From assembly GCA_037722135.1 (NCBI GenBank), contig JBBKAW010000103.1, forward strand, positions 20,866 to 73,486: a DNA stretch of 52,621 nucleotides, in the 5' to 3' direction. Below the pieces are notes generated by a model. It was not told the origin of the DNA, ran no database searches, and saw only the letters and a program-made list of their open reading frames with translations. This DNA comes from Candidatus Pampinifervens sericum (GTDB lineage: Bacteria; Aquificota; Aquificia; Aquificales; Aquificaceae). Of the stretch, positions 46,277-52,621 are shown in pieces. Positions within the stretch are counted from its first letter, which is position 1. Each line of letters starts with the position of its first letter. The translations under genes and the position numbers were made by a program.

Positions 46277-48073
46277 ATGCTAAAAAGAACAAGATACTGC
46301 GGACACATCAGCGAACAAGACCTCGGAAAGGAGGTTATCCTAAACGGCTGGGTTCATCGCATAAGAAACCATGGAGGAGTAATCTTTATAGACCTAAGAG
46401 ACAGAGAGGGTATAGTCCAGTGCGTGGTAGAAGAGAAGACAAACCCTCAAGTGTATGAACTTGCGGACAGACTTAGGTCAGAGTATGTGGTTGCCTTGCG
46501 TGGCATCGTAAGAAAAAGACCCCCGGGCACAGAAAATCCAAAACTTAAGACGGGAAACTACGAAGTGGTAATTGAAGAGCTTGAAATTCTCAACACTTCA
46601 GAAGCTTTGCCTTTCCCCATTGACGAAGAGACACACCTTTCGGAAGAGACAAAACTCAAATATCGCTACTTGGACCTAAGAAGGGAAAGCATGAAGGAAA
46701 ACCTTCTCTTTAGGCATAGAGCCTATCAGGTAATAAGGAAGGTTTTCCTTGAGGAAGGCTTTGTGGAAATAGAGACACCCTTTCTTACCAAGTCCACCCC
46801 AGAGGGTGCAAGGGACTTTCTTGTTCCCTCAAGGTTACATCCGGGCAAGTTTTATGCTCTCCCCCAGTCTCCACAGCTCTTTAAGCAAGTGCTTATGGTT
46901 GCAGGTTTTGATAGATATTTCCAGATAGTTAAATGTCTAAGGGACGAAGACCTGCGTGCGGACCGTCAGCCTGAATTTACCCAGATAGACTTTGAAATGT
47001 CCTTTGTAGAAGAAGAGGATGTTATGGCTTTTAGCGAAAGGCTTATATATAGCCTCTTTAAAGAGCTTCTCGGCGTTGAGTTAAAGCTCCCCTTTGACCG
47101 TATTTCCTATGAGTATGCTATGGAAACTTATGGCTCTGACAAGCCGGACCGTAGGTTTGGGCTTGAGCTTGTGGACCTCACACAGGTCTTCAAAAATACA
47201 GAGTTTAAAGTGTTTCGTCAAGCCATAGAATCTGGTGGAGTGGTAAAGGCTATAAACTTCAAAGGCTCAAACCTCTCAAGGAAAGAGATAGATGAGCTTA
47301 CCCAATTTGTGCAAAGCCTTGGAGCAAAGGGTCTTGCTTGGATAAAGGTAGAAGAAGATAAGCTAAACTCACCAATAGTAAAGTTTTTCTCTGAGGAAGA
47401 GACCAGAGAACTCTTACAGAGACTAAGGGCTGAAAGGGGGGATGTGATATTTTTCTCCGCGGACAAAAGGGAAATGGTCTACCGTATTCTTGGAAATCTA
47501 AGGCTTCACATAGGCAAGAAATACAACCTCATAGATACGAGTAAATTTGACATATTTTGGGTGGTGGACTTCCCTCTTATGGAATGGGATGAAGAAGAGA
47601 AGAGGTTTGTCTCTTTGCACCACCCCTTCACATCACCCAGAGAGGAAGATATTCCGCTTCTTGAAAGGGCTCTACAGGTGCAGGACTTGGAGGAGAAAAA
47701 GAGGCTTGTTCATTCCGTGAAGGCGAGGGCTTATGACCTTGTGATAAATGGCTACGAGGTGGGAGGAGGTTCTATTCGTATACATAGGAAGGACCTTCAG
47801 GAGCTTGTCTTTAAGCTTTTGGAGATACCAGAGATGGAGGCAAGGGAGAAGTTTGGTTTTCTACTTGACGCACTACGCTTTGGAGCACCACCACATGGTG
47901 GACTTGCCTTTGGACTGGACAGGCTAATTGCCATAATGAGAGGCTTGGACTCTATAAGGGATGTGATAGCCTTTCCCAAAACCCAGAAGGGTATATGCCC
48001 TCTTACTGGTGCACCAGACTATGTGGAGCCAAAACAGCTCAAGGAGCTTCATATAAGGGTGGTGGAAGGTTAG
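46277..48073 (+). CDS. aspS: aspartate--tRNA ligase (probably non-discriminating)
   Basis: RNHGGVIFIDLRD, LPQSPQLFKQ, RDEDLRADRQPEFTQ, PPHGGLAFGLDR. Confidence 0.97.
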   Translation: MLKRTRYCGHISEQDLGKEVILNGWVHRIRNHGGVIFIDLRDREGIVQCVVEEKTNPQVYELADRLRSEYVVALRGIVRKRPPGTENPKLKTGNYEVVIEELEILNTSEALPFPIDEETHLSEETKLKYRYLDLRRESMKENLLFRHRAYQVIRKVFLEEGFVEIETPFLTKSTPEGARDFLVPSRLHPGKFYALPQSPQLFKQVLMVAGFDRYFQIVKCLRDEDLRADRQPEFTQIDFEMSFVEEEDVMAFSERLIYSLFKELLGVELKLPFDRISYEYAMETYGSDKPDRRFGLELVDLTQVFKNTEFKVFRQAIESGGVVKAINFKGSNLSRKEIDELTQFVQSLGAKGLAWIKVEEDKLNSPIVKFFSEEETRELLQRLRAERGDVIFFSADKREMVYRILGNLRLHIGKKYNLIDTSKFDIFWVVDFPLMEWDEEEKRFVSLHHPFTSPREEDIPLLERALQVQDLEEKKRLVHSVKARAYDLVINGYEVGGGSIRIHRKDLQELVFKLLEIPEMEAREKFGFLLDALRFGAPPHGGLAFGLDRLIAIMRGLDSIRDVIAFPKTQKGICPLTGAPDYVEPKQLKELHIRVVEG

Positions 48074-48078
48074 AGGAA

Positions 48079-49269
48079 ATGGGTTTCCTAAGCTCGGTGG
48101 AGGTAGAAAAAAGTGAAGTAAAAAAGCATTTTGTTAGACATGGTTTTATCTTTGCTTGCACTGACAAGAGCGAGGAAACACTATTGTCTAATAGGATAAT
48201 CTTGACTGGGAAAAATTACGCAAATAAGTTATTCGCAGTTAAAGAAGGCGATTTTATTTTTCTGTATAATCTTGACAAAGATGTTCTTTATGGCACTTTT
48301 ACTGCAAAAGGCGAACCTGGATATGATAAAGGTATTCCAATCTTTGAAGGTAGATACCCTTACTATATACGCTTTGAAACAACACAAACCATAAAAAAAG
48401 TTGAAAAGGCAAGTTCAATCTTTAGAAGTCTTAACATCTCGTGGAGAGATATACTGACAGAGAAGGGGGCACTTCTGATAAAGAATATCCTTGAGGGAAG
48501 AGCAATAAATAGGCTTCGCAAGGAAGAAATAATAGATGACAAATACATACCCCCAATGATGACAACTACCTTGTGGGACTATCCATACCAAAGTTACGGA
48601 TATACCAGAAAGGGTAATAATAAATACCCCGGCGTTACTCCAGCCTTCATTATTTATAACCTCATATGGAGATACACTGAACCCGGTGAGATAGTATGCG
48701 ACCCTATGGCAGGTTCTGGGACTACGATAGATGTGTGCCTTGAAGAGAGGAGAAGGGTTGTAGCCTTTGATATAGTGCCGACGAGAAAAGATATAATACA
48801 GGCGGATGCCAGAAACATACCTCTGAAGGATGAAACGGTGGATTTAGTGTTTGTAGACTCGCCATACGGAGACAACATCAAATATAACGACCATCCCTTA
48901 AATATAGGTCATATACCTGCAAGTTCTGAAGAGTTTTACGAGGAGCTTGAAAAAGTAATGCAGGAATGTTATAGAATACTCAAAAAAGGTAAAGTATTGG
49001 CTTGGTTAATAGGTGACCAATGGGCAAAGGGGGAATATATTCCAGTGGGCTTTAAGATATACGAAAGACTTACAAAATATTTTTCTCCTGTTGATGTGGT
49101 TTGTGTAGTTCGCAGAAATCAAGCCTCAAATACTCCCTTTTGGCATAGCAAGGCTTTACAGCATAACTTCTATCTAAGGGGTTTTAAATACCTTATAATA
49201 GTTAAAAAGGAAGAAAATGTTAAAAGGAAAGAAGTGAAGATAAGGTGGAATTTCTATGAAAGATGGTAA
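48079..49269 (+). CDS. amino (N4-C/N6-A) DNA methyltransferase with an N-terminal DCD (PUA/EVE-like) domain
   Basis: N-terminal GFIFAC...VKEGDFIFLYNLDKDVLYGTFTA...YPYYIRF; MTase motif I DPMAGSGTT, motif IV variant DSPY, CYRILKKG; start ATG 48079 with SD GAGG. Confidence 0.82.
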   Translation: MGFLSSVEVEKSEVKKHFVRHGFIFACTDKSEETLLSNRIILTGKNYANKLFAVKEGDFIFLYNLDKDVLYGTFTAKGEPGYDKGIPIFEGRYPYYIRFETTQTIKKVEKASSIFRSLNISWRDILTEKGALLIKNILEGRAINRLRKEEIIDDKYIPPMMTTTLWDYPYQSYGYTRKGNNKYPGVTPAFIIYNLIWRYTEPGEIVCDPMAGSGTTIDVCLEERRRVVAFDIVPTRKDIIQADARNIPLKDETVDLVFVDSPYGDNIKYNDHPLNIGHIPASSEEFYEELEKVMQECYRILKKGKVLAWLIGDQWAKGEYIPVGFKIYERLTKYFSPVDVVCVVRRNQASNTPFWHSKALQHNFYLRGFKYLIIVKKEENVKRKEVKIRWNFYERW

Positions 49270-49945
49270 AAAGGTTTTTCTTAAGGCTTTAAGATTGAAA
49301 GCTATAGAAGATGTAAAACTAAAGGGCATAGAAAACCTTTCTAATATTCTTGAAACCATAAGGCAAGAGTTCTCTGGGGAAATAACCAAGTTTGGTATAA
49401 AAGACGCAGAGCAAAGCTGGAAAGCCTTCAAAGGGAGGCTTCTTGAAGAGTTGATAGTGGAAGTTATAAGTTCTGAAGTTAAAAAACATGGTTTAAATAT
49501 AATAAGTGGTTCAAAGTTAAGTGGTATAGTGTTAGATGAGTGTCTATGCATGGTGAAAAGGAGTATACTTGTTGATTATGGTGAGTTTGGGATGCATGTT
49601 CCAGATGCTGATTTAGTTATATACAATAAGAATTGCAGAGCTTTGGCGATAATATCCGTAAAAGCTACCTTAAGAGAAAGAATAGCTCAAACAGGTTATT
49701 GGTCTTTGAAGTTGAAACAATCAAAGCTCACGCAAAATATAAAAGTTTTTTTTATAACGCTTGATGAAGATAAGGACCTCTCAAGGAAAAGGTTTGCAAA
49801 AAAGGGTAGAGCTATCGTTGAAGTAGATACAGACGGAGCTTTCGTAATAACCACAGAGCGGATTGAAGAAAGTGAGAAAGTCATGCCTTTTGAAAAGTTT
49901 AGAAGGATAATAGAAAAACTTGGTAGGGTTGACAAGGATGAGTAA
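49256..49945 (+). CDS. Type II restriction endonuclease, BsaWI-like (CCGG family)
   Basis: [34 protein letters not shown] (PD..K..R-E-R signature); overlaps the MTase stop. Confidence 0.8.
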   Translation: MKDGKKVFLKALRLKAIEDVKLKGIENLSNILETIRQEFSGEITKFGIKDAEQSWKAFKGRLLEELIVEVISSEVKKHGLNIISGSKLSGIVLDECLCMVKRSILVDYGEFGMHVPDADLVIYNKNCRALAIISVKATLRERIAQTGYWSLKLKQSKLTQNIKVFFITLDEDKDLSRKRFAKKGRAIVEVDTDGAFVITTERIEESEKVMPFEKFRRIIEKLGRVDKDE

Positions 49946-50858
49946 GAATACACTTCGCATAGGCACACGAAAGAGCAAGTTAGCTCTTTGGCAGGCAAAC
50001 TATGTAAAGGAGAGGCTTGAGAGCAGGGGATACAGCGTAGAGCTTGTGCTTATCACTACCACCGGCGATAAAATCCTTGACGCTCCTTTGGCAAAAATAG
50101 GAGGCAAAGGACTCTTTGTAAAAGAGATAGAGGAGGCACTTCTGAGAGGAGATATAGACCTTGCGGTTCATTCTTTAAAGGATGTGCCAATGGTTTTGCC
50201 AGAGGGTCTCATTCTCGGAGCTATAACAGAGAGGGAAGAGCCTTTTGATGTGCTCATATCAAGGGATGGGAGAGGACTTCATGAGCTTCCAGAGGGTGCA
50301 AAGGTAGGCACTTCCTCTTTGAGGAGACAGGTTCAGATAAAGAGAAAAAGACCAGACTTGAGGGTGGAGACCCTTCGCGGGAATGTGGATACAAGGCTCA
50401 GAAAACTGGAGGAAGGACTTTATGACGCCATAGTGCTTGCTTACGCAGGTGTTAAAAGAATGGGCTTTGAGGAAAGGGTAAGCCAAGTATTGGAAGACTT
50501 TATCCCTGCAGTGGGTCAAGGAAGTCTCGCCATAGAGATAAGGCAAGAAGACAAGAGGGTGTATGAGGCTATAGCCTTTCTTGACCATAGAGAAAGTCGT
50601 ATTAGGGCGGAGTGTGAAAGGGCTTTTCTAAGAGAACTTCAAGGTGGTTGCCAAGTGCCCATAGGTGCCTATGCGTGGCTTGAAGGCGAGAAATTAAAGC
50701 TAAAAGCCTTTATTTCTGACCTTGAAGGAAAAAGGTTTTTAGAAGGAGTGGAAGAAGGAGACCCACATCAGGCGGAACAGATAGGCAAAAAACTTGCCAG
50801 AAGGCTCTTAGAAGAGGGTGGCAAAGCGATACTTGAGGAAGTATACCATCAAAGCTGA
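49938..50858 (+). CDS. hemC: hydroxymethylbilane synthase
   Basis: [41 protein letters not shown]. Confidence 0.97.
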   Translation: MSKNTLRIGTRKSKLALWQANYVKERLESRGYSVELVLITTTGDKILDAPLAKIGGKGLFVKEIEEALLRGDIDLAVHSLKDVPMVLPEGLILGAITEREEPFDVLISRDGRGLHELPEGAKVGTSSLRRQVQIKRKRPDLRVETLRGNVDTRLRKLEEGLYDAIVLAYAGVKRMGFEERVSQVLEDFIPAVGQGSLAIEIRQEDKRVYEAIAFLDHRESRIRAECERAFLRELQGGCQVPIGAYAWLEGEKLKLKAFISDLEGKRFLEGVEEGDPHQAEQIGKKLARRLLEEGGKAILEEVYHQS

Positions 50859-51178
50859 CCTTCAAGCTCCTTTTTGTAGACCTTCCACCTTGGGGGGCTA
50901 AGACTTGAGGAACATCCAAGAGAAGATAGGTCATAAACCTTTATAGCTTGAGGGTTGTCTGGAGTGCTTACAAAGAAGAAGGTCGTGCCTGCGGGTATAT
51001 GCCTACTTTCTTGCTTCCAACTCTTTACCATATTGACCAACTCAAGGAGTTTTTTCTTAACTTCCTCTGCAGACAGCTCTTCCTTATTGCCATCCTCTTC
51101 ATAAAGCCATACACCATCTGTTATCCTCTCTACTATTTCAAGCATCCTATCCTCAAAAGGTATTCCATAGAATCTCAT
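50849..51178 (-). CDS. hypothetical protein
   Basis: 109 aa ORF with strong SD GGAGG and native-looking composition; no family recognised. Confidence 0.7.
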   Translation of the reverse strand: MRFYGIPFEDRMLEIVERITDGVWLYEEDGNKEELSAEEVKKKLLELVNMVKSWKQESRHIPAGTTFFFVSTPDNPQAIKVYDLSSLGCSSSLSPPRWKVYKKELEGQL

Positions 51179-51617
51179 ATCAAAACCTCCTCAAGCTTTA
51201 TATCTACCTTACATTCTTCAAAGCTGAAGCTTCTGTCCCTTTTCTCTCTACCTTTAACCATCTTCTCATCAGGATAAACAAGCACAGAATATTTCACCTT
51301 TTCTCTTTCACACAGTTTTAAGCCCTTCATCCATATGTCTACTGGAAAGCGAAACTATTTCAATAACCATCTGTGGCGGACTTTTTACCCTTTCTTATTA
51401 CCGTGATATACCTGTCAAGTTCTCCCGATACTTTACAGTCTTCGCAATTCCCTAAAGTGCTATATAGTAGGTGTCCGAGTTTTATGAGTGTAATTTGATT
51501 AATAGGTCTTGGCAAAGCTATAGCATAAGGTATACCTCCTACCAGTTTCCAGTCTCCTTGCCAGTGTTTCCAATCTTCTATGATGGACCTTACCGGATAT
51601 TTCTCAGCTAAACCCAT
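51175..51617 (-). pseudogene. Uma2 (DUF820) family endonuclease pseudogene
   Basis: Three reading-frame fragments: MGLAEKY...WQGDWKLVGGIPYAIA.P, then EIVSLSSRHMDEGLK, then EREKVKYSVLVYPDEK...[17 protein letters not shown]. Confidence 0.72.
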
Positions 51618-52600
51618 TAAAGTTCACCCTTGTTTATGAGTTGTGCTATATCCTTTGCAAAGTAGGTGATTATCATGTCCGCACCAGCACGCTTTATAGA
51701 AAGTAGGGTTTCTATCATAACCCTCTTCTCATCTATCCAGCCAAGTTTGCCACCTGCCTTTATCATGGCATATTCACCACTTACATTGTAGGCACACACT
51801 GGCAGGAAAGTGTGTTCTTTTACTTTTGCTATTATATCAAGGTAAGCTAAAGCCGGTTTTACCATTACAATGTCTGCACCCTCTTGCACATCCAAAAGTA
51901 TCTCTTTAATGGCTTCTCTTGAGTTTGCTGGGTCCATCTGGTAGCTTCTTCTATCTCCAAAAGCTGGTGCGGATTCAGCTATTTCCCTAAAGGGTCCATA
52001 AAAGGCAGAAGCATACTTGGCGGAATATGCCATTATAGGAATGTGTTCAAAGCCCGAGGAATCTAAGGCTTCTCTTATAGCCCTTACCATACCATCCATC
52101 ATGCCAGAAGGTGCAAGCATGTCCGCACCATTTTTGGCATGCGATATGGCTTGCTTCTTGAGGTTTTCAAGGGTCAGGTCGTTATGAACATCTCCATCAC
52201 ACAGCACTCCACAATGTCCATGCGTTGTATACTCACAAAAGCATACATCCGTTATAAGATACATATCTGGCACTTCCTTCTTTATGAGCCTTAGAGCCCT
52301 TTGTATAATGCCTTCATCACTCCAAGTGTCCGAGCCTACCTCATCTTTGTGCTCTGGTATGCCGAAGAGTATTATGGCAGGTATGCCAAGGTCTCTTACC
52401 TCTTTTACTGCGTCCACTACCTTGTCAAGGCTGTAGCGATAAACCCCAGGCATGCTTGGGACTTCTTCCACGATACCTTGACCATATCGCACAAAAATGG
52501 GGTATATAAGGTCGTCAAGGGTTAGCTTGGTTTCTCTTACAAGCCTACGGATATTTTCGTTCCTCCTTAATCTCCTTGGTCTTAGCTTTGGAAACTCCAT
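51617..52600 (-). CDS. hemB: porphobilinogen synthase
   Basis: [41 protein letters not shown]. Confidence 0.98.
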   Translation of the reverse strand: MEFPKLRPRRLRRNENIRRLVRETKLTLDDLIYPIFVRYGQGIVEEVPSMPGVYRYSLDKVVDAVKEVRDLGIPAIILFGIPEHKDEVGSDTWSDEGIIQRALRLIKKEVPDMYLITDVCFCEYTTHGHCGVLCDGDVHNDLTLENLKKQAISHAKNGADMLAPSGMMDGMVRAIREALDSSGFEHIPIMAYSAKYASAFYGPFREIAESAPAFGDRRSYQMDPANSREAIKEILLDVQEGADIVMVKPALAYLDIIAKVKEHTFLPVCAYNVSGEYAMIKAGGKLGWIDEKRVMIETLLSIKRAGADMIITYFAKDIAQLINKGEL

Positions 52601-52621
52601 AGGAATATAATATATATCTAA

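Overview
Chromosomal segment of a thermophilic bacterium, most likely Aquificaceae (Hydrogenobacter/Thermocrinis-like). This is inferred from the archaeal-type MAT, short sigma-54, non-operonic housekeeping genes, Lys/Glu-rich proteins and CCA-less tRNA genes. The backbone is tightly packed housekeeping genes: nuoA, metK/mat, hemN/hemC/hemB, rpoN, obgE, uvsE, dnaK, a ycbB-ycbK pair, thpR, purM/purQ/purS, bamA, thiD, acpS, ccsA, aroK, dsbC, bioF, lpxA, glmU, aspS, tRNA-fMet and tRNA-Lys. Three accessory blocks interrupt it. (1) A decayed tyrosine-integrase remnant after tRNA-fMet (8.3-9.0 kb) encloses a structured non-coding insert. (2) An AT-rich ~12.3 kb Pel-type exopolysaccharide locus (23.9-36.2 kb) has a divergent pelEFGA-B1-B2 / pelCD order, a split PelB and a Crp/Fnr-type box. 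(3) A Type II RM pair (48.1-49.9 kb) has a methyltransferase with an N-terminal DCD (PUA/EVE-like) domain next to a BsaWI-family endonuclease. A frameshifted Uma2 pseudogene lies near the right end. Many genes have a -10 hexamer 6-8 nt before the start codon and no SD, which suggests widespread leaderless mRNAs. All family calls come from motif recognition by eye; no searches were run.
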